A stretch of DNA of 64,000 nucleotides, from assembly GCA_043803745.1 (NCBI GenBank), contig JAZDJS010000002.1, positions 16,581 through 80,580 of the forward strand, in the 5' to 3' direction. A model generated the notes under the pieces. That model was not told the origin of the DNA, did no database searches, and saw nothing but the letters and a program-made list of their open reading frames with translations. The stretch is from an archaeon (GTDB lineage Archaea > SpSt-1190 > DYHY01). Within the stretch, counting starts at the first letter, position 1; each line of letters begins with the position of its first letter. Below are positions 48,677 to 58,307 of this stretch, piece after piece. A program made the translations under genes and the position numbers.

Positions 48677-50452
48677 TTAGTAGCGCTCGTCAATTGTCGG
48701 AAGCATCCGTTTTCCCCCGCCAACCCCCTTTTTCCCGGAAGCACCCGTTTTCCCCCCGTCATCAAGCGCAGCAACTTTAACCAGGGCCAGGGTTTCCTTG
48801 CGCCTGTTTCCCCGAAGGTCCGCAATCAGAATCCCTATTGAAATTGCCGCGGACAGTATTGAAAGTATTGCGACAAGGGTTTCGGTCTTGAAGGTGGCGA
48901 ACTTGTACTTGATGAGTGCAATCGAAAGCTCGACCCTCGCGTTCGCAACCCGTATGAGGGCAAGGTTGATTTCCCGCCTCAGCTGGCTTTGCACGGTAGA
49001 ATTTTCCGCGGTTTCTATGCTGCCCCTTGCCTTTTCGAGGAAGAATCCGGCCCTCTCGAAATTCTGGTATATTCCAGTGAAATCCTGGCTGTTCACTCCC
49101 CTGAACGACGCGGTGCCGTTGACAAGATATTCAAGGGAGATTTTGCTTGCTTCAGCGGAGCGCCGGGAGTTTATCGCGACCTTCATCAGCTCGGAGTAGA
49201 CCCTGTCGAACGTCTTCTCGATTGACTGCTTCAGTTTCAGCAGGAGCTCCCTTGCCCTCTGCAGGAGCCCGAGAGCCTCCGCCTCCCGTCCCTCCCTGAG
49301 CTTGTTCTTCGCTTCCTCAAGCAGGTCCTTTGCAATCCTTAAATCCTCGGTCCATTCGGCAAATGCCCCGCCGAGGATTTCGGGAGCGTTCTCGGCAATC
49401 GGCTCGATTGTCCCGAGGAGTTCCTCGAGTTCTCCAAGCATTATCCCGGTAGTGTTGACATACCAGTCAAGATAGTTCTTGGATGTCGGGGAATAATACA
49501 CAAGGCTCGAGTATGCTTCGTTTGCGAAACTTCTTGCGCCGTTCGCAGCGGAGGCGGCGGCCCCCGCAAAATAGCTTGCGTTCTCGAAGAGAGCCTGGTC
49601 GAATGAATATGAGGCGCTTCCGTACAGGTGAAGGGATTCGTTTGCCCCGCTTTCAGCCTGCAAAAGGCGGTATTCGGCGAAGCTTGTATCGAATCCCGCG
49701 GGCGCAAGCTCGAGGGCCTGTCTCACCTTCTCAATCAGTTTTTGGGCTTCGCTGAGCGCGAGAAGGGCCTGGTTGAGGGCGGTCGATGCGACAAGCTTCC
49801 TTTCCTGGTATTCCCGCACCACTTCAATGGTCGGATACTGGTAGAACCCCGAGAATTCCACGCAGCCCGCTCCGCACCACAAGTAGTTCCCTCCGCTTGC
49901 GTTCACAACCCTTGCTTCGCACCTCACTTTGTAGCTCACCGGAACCCTTTGCTGGTAGCCGGGATTGTCCGAGGGCGCGACAATCTGCTCGAATCCTATT
50001 GTTGAGCGCGCCTCCTCGCCAACCGAAACCGGATTCAACCGGTCGGCTCCGTCAAGGGAATAGACGCAGGTCAGCGTCAGGTTTTCCGAGTTGATTACCG
50101 TTATCGTCGAGTTTGTCGCCTCCCCAGAAAGAAGGAGTTGGTTCTCGATGTCGGCTTCCGCTGAAAACGAGAGAGGCTCGCATATCGGATTGGAAAGGTT
50201 CGTTTTCGGGCAGTTGGAATTGCAGGGGAGCTCGCAGACCGAAGCGAATGCGGTCCCGAGAACAAGGAGCAGGAGGAGGGGGAGAAGAAGGAGGAGAAGG
50301 AAGCCCGGGAGACTGGTTTGGACCGCCCGCCTCCCTCTGAGGACCTTACTGGCTGGTTCTCTTCCCGTCCTCCGGACGAAGGATCTAAGTGTGTCAGACT
50401 GGAGCGGCCAAGTCATCGCGAACAGCTCCTCTACCCTGTATGGGTTCATCAT
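48677..50452 (-). CDS. Membrane-anchored protein: Cys-rich/Ig-like N-terminus, helical bundle, C-terminal TM; start uncertain
   Basis: Leu-rich signal, CELPCNSNC, long helices, TM near the end. Confidence 0.7.
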   Translation of the reverse strand: MMNPYRVEELFAMTWPLQSDTLRSFVRRTGREPASKVLRGRRAVQTSLPGFLLLLLLPLLLLLVLGTAFASVCELPCNSNCPKTNLSNPICEPLSFSAEADIENQLLLSGEATNSTITVINSENLTLTCVYSLDGADRLNPVSVGEEARSTIGFEQIVAPSDNPGYQQRVPVSYKVRCEARVVNASGGNYLWCGAGCVEFSGFYQYPTIEVVREYQERKLVASTALNQALLALSEAQKLIEKVRQALELAPAGFDTSFAEYRLLQAESGANESLHLYGSASYSFDQALFENASYFAGAAASAANGARSFANEAYSSLVYYSPTSKNYLDWYVNTTGIMLGELEELLGTIEPIAENAPEILGGAFAEWTEDLRIAKDLLEEAKNKLREGREAEALGLLQRARELLLKLKQSIEKTFDRVYSELMKVAINSRRSAEASKISLEYLVNGTASFRGVNSQDFTGIYQNFERAGFFLEKARGSIETAENSTVQSQLRREINLALIRVANARVELSIALIKYKFATFKTETLVAILSILSAAISIGILIADLRGNRRKETLALVKVAALDDGGKTGASGKKGVGGGKRMLPTIDERY

Positions 50453-50464
50453 TCACACTGGATC
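50382..50464 (-). ncRNA. Box C/D guide sRNA candidate
   Basis: Minus strand AGTGTG-A-ATGATGA(C)-12 nt-TAGA(D')-...GCGATGA(C')-15 nt-CTGA(D)-CACACT, with a terminal stem. TTAATTAA box upstream. Confidence 0.75.
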
Positions 50465-50493
50465 ACCTTTGAAACGGGTTAATTAACTTTTCT

Positions 50494-51495
50494 TCAAATC
50501 AGCGTCGAGAGGCATCTTAAACCCTTCACAATCCTGTCCTCGTGAAGCGCCCCGACATTCAGGAAGGCGAGGTCGTTCCCAAGCGAGGGATTCTCCGGGA
50601 AGAACAGGGTGCCCGGCAGGAAATTGACGCCTTCCATCCTCGCCGTCTGGAGGATTTTCGGGGAATTTGGAATCTTCAGTCGGATGTGCCAACCTCCGGA
50701 AGGGGCGCCCGACTTGCACGCCCGGAGGTCGTCCTCCGCGATTTCCAAGGCGATTTCGACCCGCTTCCGGTATAGCGAAAGTCCCCGCTTCCTAAAGTCC
50801 TCGATGCCGCCCGCCTCAAGCCATTTTTTCACTGCGAATTTCCCGAGGACCGTCGGGGCGGAAACCGCCGAAATCCTTTCGGCAAGTTCCTCGCTTGCCG
50901 AGAAAATCCCGAGCCCGATATTCGGAAGAAACTCCCCCGAGAAATCGGAAAAATAAGCAACCCGCCCGGTTTCGTCAAAGGATTTTATCGGCGGCAGGGG
51001 CGACCCGAAAGAAAGGTTCCTTCCGCTTCCGTCCTCAAGTATGATGAAGTTGTTTTTCTCCGCAAGCTCGACAAGCGCCCGCCTCTCTCCGACCGGCAAA
51101 GTCTCTCCGGAAGGCAGGGAAACATCGGGTCTTACAAGAAGGCCCCCGAGAGAGCCTCCGGTTTTCAGGAAGCGTTCAAGCTCGCCAATTCCGGAGAAAC
51201 CGGCGGACCCCGAAATTGCAACGGGGGAGGGCCTCATGATTCCCACCCTGCCGAGCGCAGGGAGGATTTTTGCTATGGGGTCGAAGAGGCCTGCCGTAAG
51301 CGCGAATTCCTCCCGCCTCACCCTGAAGGGCAGCGTCCTGAAAACGGCTTCCGGGAACTTCGGCGAATCCGGCTCCAGGTCGGAGACGAGAATCTCTGAA
51401 AACGCCGATTCCACGAACTCAACCGGCAGGAGGTTTCTGCTCCCCCAGCTCATCCCAAAATCAAATTCAATCCTTTCAAGCTCCGTAATCGGCAT
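50494..51495 (-). CDS. Degenerate class I/II PLP aminotransferase-like protein
   Basis: PSGETL..RRALVELA..FIILED, P.GGW, GVNFLPG. FSGEFLPNIGLG lacks the catalytic Lys. Confidence 0.75.
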   Translation of the reverse strand: MPITELERIEFDFGMSWGSRNLLPVEFVESAFSEILVSDLEPDSPKFPEAVFRTLPFRVRREEFALTAGLFDPIAKILPALGRVGIMRPSPVAISGSAGFSGIGELERFLKTGGSLGGLLVRPDVSLPSGETLPVGERRALVELAEKNNFIILEDGSGRNLSFGSPLPPIKSFDETGRVAYFSDFSGEFLPNIGLGIFSASEELAERISAVSAPTVLGKFAVKKWLEAGGIEDFRKRGLSLYRKRVEIALEIAEDDLRACKSGAPSGGWHIRLKIPNSPKILQTARMEGVNFLPGTLFFPENPSLGNDLAFLNVGALHEDRIVKGLRCLSTLI

Positions 51496-51504
51496 AGTTC
51501 AAGC

Positions 51505-53247
51505 TCACCTTTCCCCCTTTCTCGTTCTTTCCTGTATTTCGAAGAGCGACATTATTTCCGAGACCGTCGTCGCGTCCCCGGGAAGCTTGTCCTCCCGCAC
51601 GAATCCCTTGATTCTCGGGAATCTGAGGGCGAAGCCCCCGCCGGCGGAGTGCGTTGGACTGCGGGTTATCTCATCTGCCGCAACAGTCACGACATGGCGC
51701 GGAGAAACCCAAAAATCAGGAACAAGCCCGCTCTCAACGTTCTTGGGCTTTTCTTTGGACTTGCTTTTCTCAAGGAGTTCCGAGAACGCCTTCATTCCCT
51801 CCTCGCTGAAACCGGTGCCAACCTTGGCAATGCTCTTGAAAATGCCCTCCTTCTCGTCAAGGACTGCGACAAGAAGGCCCCCGAAGCCAAAGTTCGTCCT
51901 CTGGCCTTTCCCCCTGAAATAGCCTATTATTACCGCGTCGACAGTGTCGGAAAGCCCCTGCTCGGTATATGATTTTTTCATCTTTATCCATGCAAATTTC
52001 CGCGCTCCGGCGGAATATGGGGAATCCAACTTCTTTGCGATTATTCCCTCAAGCCCCCTCGAAACGACTTTCTGGAAGAACTCGTCAATGTCCTCCCCGG
52101 TCGAGGCTGGGATTGCCTCGCTTGGGGCGATTCCGCCGCCATTGGAAAAAAGCGCCTCTATTTTTTTCCGCCTTTCCGAAAACGGCTGCTTGGTGTAGTC
52201 GGTTCCGTCAAGATAAAGCAGGTCAAATGCGAAAAGCTTCAGCGGGCTTTTTTCGCTTGCCTCCTTCACTCCGTACTTCCGTTTCCTCCGGATTGTCTTC
52301 TGGAACGGCAGAAAATTCCCCTTTTCATCAGTCCCTATTGCTTCGCCCTCGAATATGACTTCGCTGGCGGGCAGTTTCCTGACGGAATCGACAATTTCCG
52401 GGAACATTTCAGTTGTCCGTTCAAGTGAGCGCGAGAATATCTCTATCCGGGAGCCCTTCTTGTGCACCTGCGCCCGGAAGCCGTCGTATTTGGCCTCGAC
52501 GAGGCAGGCGCCTATCTTCCCTATTATCGCAGCCCCGCTCTCAAGCCTCTCCGCAAGGGCGGGCCTTATCGGGTTCCCGGGGAAAATTTCAAGGGCGGAA
52601 ACCCCTTCAAGTCCGCTCTCGGAGAATTTTTCGGCAACAAGCCCGAGATCCGAGCACATGTTATAGGCTCCCTCAAGTTCGCCGCGCAGGCTCTTGTCTC
52701 CGGACTTCCAGAACGAGAGCGCGTCAAGTATTGTCGGGTCGCCGATTCCGAGGCGCAGCTTCCCGAGCGGCACCCTTGCAAGGTGTTTCGCTTCCGCAGG
52801 GGTTCTGCATCGTCCAAGCAGGCCTGCCAGCGTCCTTATTTTGTCGTCCTGGCTCCCTGTTCCGGATGAGCCTGCAAGGTTTCTGAGAACCGAGTAAACT
52901 TCCGAAAGCCCGAGTTTCTCGAGCTCGACAAGCGACCTCTGCCGTCCGCTCTCGGAGAATTTTTCGGCAACAAGCCCGAGATCCCCGAGCTTGCGGTATT
53001 CGGCTGAAATGACTTTGTCGGACCTTCCGGAGGAGATTGCGAGGGCCCTAACGAGGAGTTTTTCGCCAATTCCGAATTCTATTCCCTTGAAAGGCGGCTC
53101 CACAACCCCTTGCAGCAGGTAAACCGCTCCTCGGACTTCTTCGGTTTCCAGCCTGCCGAAGAACTCGGAAAGTATCGAGACCATTGCGTTGCGCGAGGGT
53201 TCCCTTTCAATCCTTTCCAAGGTTTCCGTGAATTCCGAAAATCTCAT
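51505..53247 (-). CDS. lig: ATP-dependent DNA ligase
   Basis: EAKYDGFR, EGEAI, FDLLY, EGIIAK, WIKMK, LRFPR. Confidence 0.97.
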   Translation of the reverse strand: MRFSEFTETLERIEREPSRNAMVSILSEFFGRLETEEVRGAVYLLQGVVEPPFKGIEFGIGEKLLVRALAISSGRSDKVISAEYRKLGDLGLVAEKFSESGRQRSLVELEKLGLSEVYSVLRNLAGSSGTGSQDDKIRTLAGLLGRCRTPAEAKHLARVPLGKLRLGIGDPTILDALSFWKSGDKSLRGELEGAYNMCSDLGLVAEKFSESGLEGVSALEIFPGNPIRPALAERLESGAAIIGKIGACLVEAKYDGFRAQVHKKGSRIEIFSRSLERTTEMFPEIVDSVRKLPASEVIFEGEAIGTDEKGNFLPFQKTIRRKRKYGVKEASEKSPLKLFAFDLLYLDGTDYTKQPFSERRKKIEALFSNGGGIAPSEAIPASTGEDIDEFFQKVVSRGLEGIIAKKLDSPYSAGARKFAWIKMKKSYTEQGLSDTVDAVIIGYFRGKGQRTNFGFGGLLVAVLDEKEGIFKSIAKVGTGFSEEGMKAFSELLEKSKSKEKPKNVESGLVPDFWVSPRHVVTVAADEITRSPTHSAGGGFALRFPRIKGFVREDKLPGDATTVSEIMSLFEIQERTRKGER

Positions 53248-53376
53248 TATTGCGCTTTCCAGCTCAAGGCGCGTTTAATAGCTTTTTTCTAGAAAACGAC
53301 CCCGGTTTCCTTTCCTCGCCCGTATAAACAATTGGCTCGGAACCTCCCTCGCATCCGCTCTGTCGGCTTCGCTTTC

Positions 53377-53646
53377 CTAGAAAACGACCCCGGTTTCCTC
53401 TTCGCTGCCCTTGGAAACTACGATTTCTCTTGCGCCGTCCTCTGAGGAGCCTTCGACGGAAGTTGCAATTGCAGGAACCCTGATTCTGACTGCGCGATGG
53501 TGCTTGAGCACAGCTTCGAGATCGATTATGAGCTCGTCCGCATCCTCGCCGAACATTTCTTCGAAATCGTCGTCGGCATCATCCTCGGAAAGGGGCTCGA
53601 TTTTCATGAATTTTTCCGGAAATGCCGGCGAACTTGATTTGAACAT
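53377..53646 (-). CDS. Small acidic hypothetical protein
   Basis: 89-aa ATG ORF with an upstream AT-rich box. Confidence 0.55.
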   Translation of the reverse strand: MFKSSSPAFPEKFMKIEPLSEDDADDDFEEMFGEDADELIIDLEAVLKHHRAVRIRVPAIATSVEGSSEDGAREIVVSKGSEEETGVVF

Positions 53647-53707
53647 TTTCCACCCGAGCGCCCAGCCCTTTTTAAGACTTTATTGGCTCCGAATTCCAAC
53701 TCTGCAG

Positions 53708-54388
53708 TCAACCGGGCGGTTGATTTTCAGCGGAGTCTATTATTTTCAGGATCCGGTCAAGTGCGCCCCTCCGGACAACCGCATCAGCAGCGGATTCAAC
53801 GGAGAGGTCTTTCGGGTGGAACGCGATTCCCAGGCCCGCCGCCCTCAGAGCGTCAACATCGTTGTGCGAATCCCCGACGAAAATCGCCTCCGAAGCGGAA
53901 ATGCCCTCCCGCTCGCACATGATCCGGAGGGCGCCGGCCTTCTTCCCCTGGTCGAACCTGGTCGCGCTCCAGCCGGAAATGAGGCCCCCCTTGAAGAAAA
54001 CCCGATTTATGAAGACCTCATCAAACTTCACTTTCGGCAGCAGGGTTTCCACCAGGATATCCAGGCTTCCGGAAATTATCGCAATCTTGTATTTCCGTTT
54101 TTTCAACGCCGCCAGGAGCTTCTCGGTCCCGCCAGTCAGGTCAAGATTCCTTGCGACTTTCTGGAAATCCTTTTTGGTTACTTTGGCTTTCCTGAACTTT
54201 TCCAGGGTCCTGCCAACCCACGCAGCGTAGCTTATCCTTCCGGAGAAAAACTGCGAGCAGATTTTCCGGTTGAACTCCATCCCGCGCCGCCCCAGAAGCT
54301 CACTATGCAGGAGGTTCCAGTAGTTCCTCCTTCCCCTCCCGGTTATCAGCGTCCCGTCAACGTCGAAGCAGATCAGTTTGTATTCCAT
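53708..54388 (-). CDS. HAD-IB phosphatase (phosphoserine phosphatase-like)
   Basis: FDVDGTL, ISGS, K, VGDSHND, AGLGIAF. Confidence 0.88.
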   Translation of the reverse strand: MEYKLICFDVDGTLITGRGRRNYWNLLHSELLGRRGMEFNRKICSQFFSGRISYAAWVGRTLEKFRKAKVTKKDFQKVARNLDLTGGTEKLLAALKKRKYKIAIISGSLDILVETLLPKVKFDEVFINRVFFKGGLISGWSATRFDQGKKAGALRIMCEREGISASEAIFVGDSHNDVDALRAAGLGIAFHPKDLSVESAADAVVRRGALDRILKIIDSAENQPPG

Positions 54389-54534
54389 CCTGAAGCCGGC
54401 TGCGGAAGCCGCGAGGATAAAAGAATATATGCTAGTTTTCGCCAATTATGCGCATGGGAAAGAAAAAGAAGAAACGCCACTAAGCTTCTGATGGGCTCCC
54501 GGGGCGGGTTTTGTTTCTCTGCTCCGGCGGCGGG

Positions 54535-54699
54535 CTATTTTCTCTTCGGAACGAATTCCTGACACGCGGGGTCGCTTGCAGCCGCAGGAAACCTGACCTT
54601 GAGCTTCGGGCTCTCACAGGTGAAGCTTTTCCAGGATGAGCAGTCCCCGCAGACCTTGAGCCCGAGGGACCGCATCTCGTCCGCAGGCTTTTTCGGCAT
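54535..54699 (-). CDS. 54-aa Cys-rich putative metal-binding protein
   Basis: Manual translation MPKKPADEMRSLGLKVCGDCSSWKSFTCESPKLKVRFPAAASDPACQEFVPKRK*; starts 5 nt after the TrmB stop. Confidence 0.6.
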   Translation of the reverse strand: MPKKPADEMRSLGLKVCGDCSSWKSFTCESPKLKVRFPAAASDPACQEFVPKRK

Positions 54700-54704
54700 T
54701 CCCG

Positions 54705-55498
54705 CTACTTGCCCGTCCAGACGTGGTTGAAGAGTTCCTTCATCGCCTTGACGAAATAGGGTGAATGCACCCAGACTGCCGTGTCGTAGATGTTGTGCAC
54801 GTCCTTGTTCGAGAAGAGGGAGAAAACCGCCTCTTCCCCGTCCCGGAGGATTATCCTTGCGTTGATTGACTTGGCAATCTTAAGCTCGGCAACCTTCGAA
54901 AGCTCCTTGTAGTATTGCTCGGTTTCCTTGAACGGGCCGGCAATCCTGATTTTCACGCCCTTGCCCGAGGCATAAAGCAGGCGCTCGGAATGGAACTTTG
55001 CAAGGTGTTCCGCTTCCTCGGGAGTTGCAAGAATCTCAATTGCCTTCTTCGCCCCTCCGAGAAGGGAGTCTATCTGGTGGCTTATGCTCCTCCTTGAGCG
55101 GATTACCCCCGCTTTTTCGTGCTTTTCTACTAGCTGTTCGCCCTTCTTGTGGGCCTCGACAAGCTTCTGCGAAACGTCCGAGCTCTTCAGCTTGTCGATC
55201 AGCTTGCTCTGTTCGTCCATCTTCTTGTCGAAATTCACCTTCACCTGGGAAAGTATTTCGTGGGGCGGGAGCGCGATGTACTTGACGGGCCTCTGCTCCC
55301 TCTTCGCGCTGATGAGCTTTTTTTGAAGGAGCGATTCGAGCACGTCATATGCGCGCGAGCGCGGAACCGCCGAGATTTCGGAGAGTTCGCCCGCGGTGGA
55401 AATCCCCTTGAAAGGAGGGCGAGCCAAAGCCGCGCCTCGTAAAGGTTAAGGTCGAAAATCCGCTTGACTTCTTCAATTATCCTCTCGTTGTGTATCAA
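54705..55498 (-). pseudogene. trmB: TrmB-family regulator split by a single-base frameshift (or a sequencing error)
   Basis: LNLYEARLWLALLSRG / ISTAGELSEISAVPRSRAYDVLESL. A G4 run (55404-55407) needs to be G5 for a continuous frame. Confidence 0.8.
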
Positions 55499-55552
55499 TT
55501 TCCTCTAATCCCTCTTCATTGTCGTTTCTTCTTTCGATGAGCCGCGCCCTTT

Positions 55553-55584
55553 GGAACCCCCCGGGAACCCCCCGGGAACCCCCC
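55553..55584. repeat. 11-bp tandem repeat x3
   Basis: GGAACCCCCC(G) units. Confidence 0.85.
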
Positions 55585-55683
55585 AGCAGCTTCACTATGT
55601 CACTGAACCAAGTTACTATTTATAACCTTTCCTAAATAGTTGGTATTCTTATAAATACGGAGAGGCGCCATTATCTGGACGAG

Positions 55684-55926
55684 ATGGCAACGAAAAAGAA
55701 ACCCTCTCCAAAGGGCGCCGCGCCTTCGGGAGCCTCCCTGGAGAAAAAGCGGAAGAAATCCAACCTCCCCAACCTGCTGACCGGATTCTTCATGATCCTT
55801 GCGGGACTCGCTTTCACACTGACCGGAATCGGGGCGATTGTCGGGCTTCCGCTTTTCCTTGTCGGAATAGTTCTCACCGGATTCTTCTTCCTCAAGGAGA
55901 GGCGGGAATCCGCAGAAAGATTATAA
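55684..55926 (+). CDS. Small 2-TM membrane protein
   Basis: LTGIGAIVGLPLFLVGIVL; TTATAAATA upstream. Confidence 0.65.
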   Translation: MATKKKPSPKGAAPSGASLEKKRKKSNLPNLLTGFFMILAGLAFTLTGIGAIVGLPLFLVGIVLTGFFFLKERRESAERL

Positions 55927-55951
55927 AACCCCTCCGCGGGCGCAGTTCCCG

Positions 55952-57391
55952 ATGAAATTTCTCAAGAGGGCGACCTTCAAGAGGACGAAAATACTCTGCA
56001 CAATAGGTCCCGTCTCGATGGACGCGGGGATTATGAAGAAGCTTTTCGAGGCGGGGATGGACGGGGTGCGGATAAACACCGCCCACGGGGATTTTGCCCA
56101 GTACGACCAGATACTCGCGAATGCCCGTTCGATTGCCGAGCTTCCGATTCTCGTCGATATCAAGGGTCCTGAAGTGCGGACAAGGGTTTCCCGGGAAATC
56201 CAGGTTTCCAGGGGCACGCTGCTCGACATCTCGCTTTCCGGAGATTGCGCGCTTTCGTTCTCCTACAACTTCCTTTCGGAAGTAAAGACGGGCGCCCGGA
56301 TATTCATTGAGGATGGGAAGCTTTCGGGAATGCTTGAGGAAGTCGACGGCAGGGGCAAGGGAAAAATACGGTTCGAGACTCCCGGAATCCTGAAGGACCG
56401 GAAGAACGTCAACATTCCCGGATACGAACTGAAGGTTCCCCTTCTTTCGGAAAAGGACCTGAAGTCAATTGCCTGGGCGGTTGAGAACGAGGTCGAGTTC
56501 ATCGCGCTTTCATTCGTCCGCTCGGCCGGGGAGGTGGAGAACCTGAGAAAACACATCCCGAAGGGTTCCCGGATGAAGATAATTTCCAAGGTCGAGGACG
56601 AGAACGGGGTCAAGCGGATTGACGAGATAATCGCCGCTTCCGACGGAATAATGATTGCCCGCGGGGACCTCGGGGTCGAAATACCCCCCGAGAAAATCCC
56701 CCTTTTCCAGAAGGGGACAATCGCTAAATGCAACCGGGCGGGGAAGATAGTGATCACCGCGACCCAGATGCTTGACTCGATGGTCGAGCGGCCCCGCCCG
56801 ACAAGGGCGGAAACGAGCGACGTTGCGAACGCGGTGCTTGACGGAACGGACGTCGTCATGCTTTCGGGCGAAACCTCAGCTGGGAAATACCCGGTCGAGG
56901 CGGTCCGGGAGATGGCGCGGATTTCCGCCGAGGTTGAGCCGGCAATTGCCCACAACATCGAAAATTCCCCCGCGGAAACCGTTTCCGACGCAATCGGCGC
57001 GGCAATAGACTCGATAATAAGGCAGCTTCCCGTGACGAAGATAGTTGCGATAACAAAAAGCGGCTACAGCGCGGCTGCGATATCCCGCTACAAGCCCAAG
57101 GAGCCGATAATCGCAATAACCCCCGACCCGGTCACCTACAGGCAGATGAAGCTTGTCTGGGGCGTGAATTCAATCCTCTTCCTTGACGTCAACCTCAAGC
57201 ACAAGATTTCTTCCTCAATAGAGTTCCTTGTCCGGGAGAAAATTCTTTCGGAAAAGGACCTTGCAGTATTCACCGCAGGGGCAAGAACTAAAAGGCCGAA
57301 GGCGAGCAACATCATCGAAGTCCACTATGTGAAAGACCTTGTGGAGTTCTTTTCGGAGAAGGAAGCCAATGGAAAAAGGAAAAAAAGCTGA
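55952..57391 (+). CDS. pyk: Pyruvate kinase
   Basis: TKILCTIGP, ARGDLG, ATQMLDSM, PTRAE, MLSGETS. Confidence 0.97.
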   Translation: MKFLKRATFKRTKILCTIGPVSMDAGIMKKLFEAGMDGVRINTAHGDFAQYDQILANARSIAELPILVDIKGPEVRTRVSREIQVSRGTLLDISLSGDCALSFSYNFLSEVKTGARIFIEDGKLSGMLEEVDGRGKGKIRFETPGILKDRKNVNIPGYELKVPLLSEKDLKSIAWAVENEVEFIALSFVRSAGEVENLRKHIPKGSRMKIISKVEDENGVKRIDEIIAASDGIMIARGDLGVEIPPEKIPLFQKGTIAKCNRAGKIVITATQMLDSMVERPRPTRAETSDVANAVLDGTDVVMLSGETSAGKYPVEAVREMARISAEVEPAIAHNIENSPAETVSDAIGAAIDSIIRQLPVTKIVAITKSGYSAAAISRYKPKEPIIAITPDPVTYRQMKLVWGVNSILFLDVNLKHKISSSIEFLVREKILSEKDLAVFTAGARTKRPKASNIIEVHYVKDLVEFFSEKEANGKRKKS

Positions 57392-58307
57392 ACAAGTTGC
57401 GATAATCGGTTCAGGGTCGGCAGGCCTCACTGCCGCAATCTATTGCGCAAGGGCCGACCTTTCTCCGCTCGTTGTAACTGGCTATGAGGAGGGGGGCCAG
57501 CTGACTCTCACCACGGCCGTCGAGAATTTTCCCGGATTTTCCGCGGGCGTTCTCGGACCTTCCCTTATGCAGGAGATGCGCAAGCAGGCTGAAAAATTCG
57601 GGGCGAAATTCATCTTTGCAAAAGCGGTTTCCTTTTCAAAGGGCCCGGGAATATTCAAAATAGGCCTCGATTCCGGGGAGGAGGTGATTGCGCGCGCGGT
57701 AATAGCTGCGACCGGGGCATCAGCCAGGTTCCTCGGGATTCCCGGGGAAAAGGAACTTGTCGGCAAGGGGGTTTCGACCTGCGCAACCTGCGACGCGCAT
57801 TTCTACAGGGGAAAAGGGGTTGCCGTTGTCGGAGGCGGGGATTCCGCCTGCGAGGAAGCGCTTCATCTTGCCAAGTTCGCGGAATCGGTAACCCTGATAC
57901 ATCGGCGCGACAAGCTCAGGGCAAGCAAGATAATGCAGGAGCGGCTTCTTTCGAACCCGAAGGTCAGCATAATCTGGGATTCCGCCGTCGAGAAGGTTTC
58001 CGGGTCCGAAAAGCTCGAGAGCATTCTGTTGAAAAATCTGAAGACGGGAGAAACGCGCGCTTTCCCGGTTGACGGACTTTTCCTCGCAGTCGGGCACATC
58101 CCCAACACAGAGATTTTCAAGGGGCTTGTCGAAATGAATGAACTGGGCTATCTCAAATCCGGCAAGTCAACTGCAACGAACGTTCCGGGCTTTTTCGCAG
58201 CCGGCGACGTCGCCGACCCCCGGTACAGGCAGGCGATAACCGCCGCAGGCGAGGGCTGCAAAGCCGCTCTCGAAGCAGAGCGTTACCTAACCGAGCAAGA
58301 AGTCTAG
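57369..58307 (+). CDS. trxB: Thioredoxin-disulfide reductase
   Basis: GSGSAG, GGQL, CATCD, GGGDSA, HRRD, AAGD, QAITAA. Confidence 0.97.
   Translation: MEKGKKAEQVAIIGSGSAGLTAAIYCARADLSPLVVTGYEEGGQLTLTTAVENFPGFSAGVLGPSLMQEMRKQAEKFGAKFIFAKAVSFSKGPGIFKIGLDSGEEVIARAVIAATGASARFLGIPGEKELVGKGVSTCATCDAHFYRGKGVAVVGGGDSACEEALHLAKFAESVTLIHRRDKLRASKIMQERLLSNPKVSIIWDSAVEKVSGSEKLESILLKNLKTGETRAFPVDGLFLAVGHIPNTEIFKGLVEMNELGYLKSGKSTATNVPGFFAAGDVADPRYRQAITAAGEGCKAALEAERYLTEQEV

Noticed and set aside
54448-54483. Basic micro-ORF MRMGKKKKKRH
   Set aside because: Too short; explained equally well by a T-rich terminator on the opposite strand.
55553-55584. Replication origin ORB G-strings
   Set aside because: No TCCAxTGGA core and no cdc6/orc1 gene nearby.
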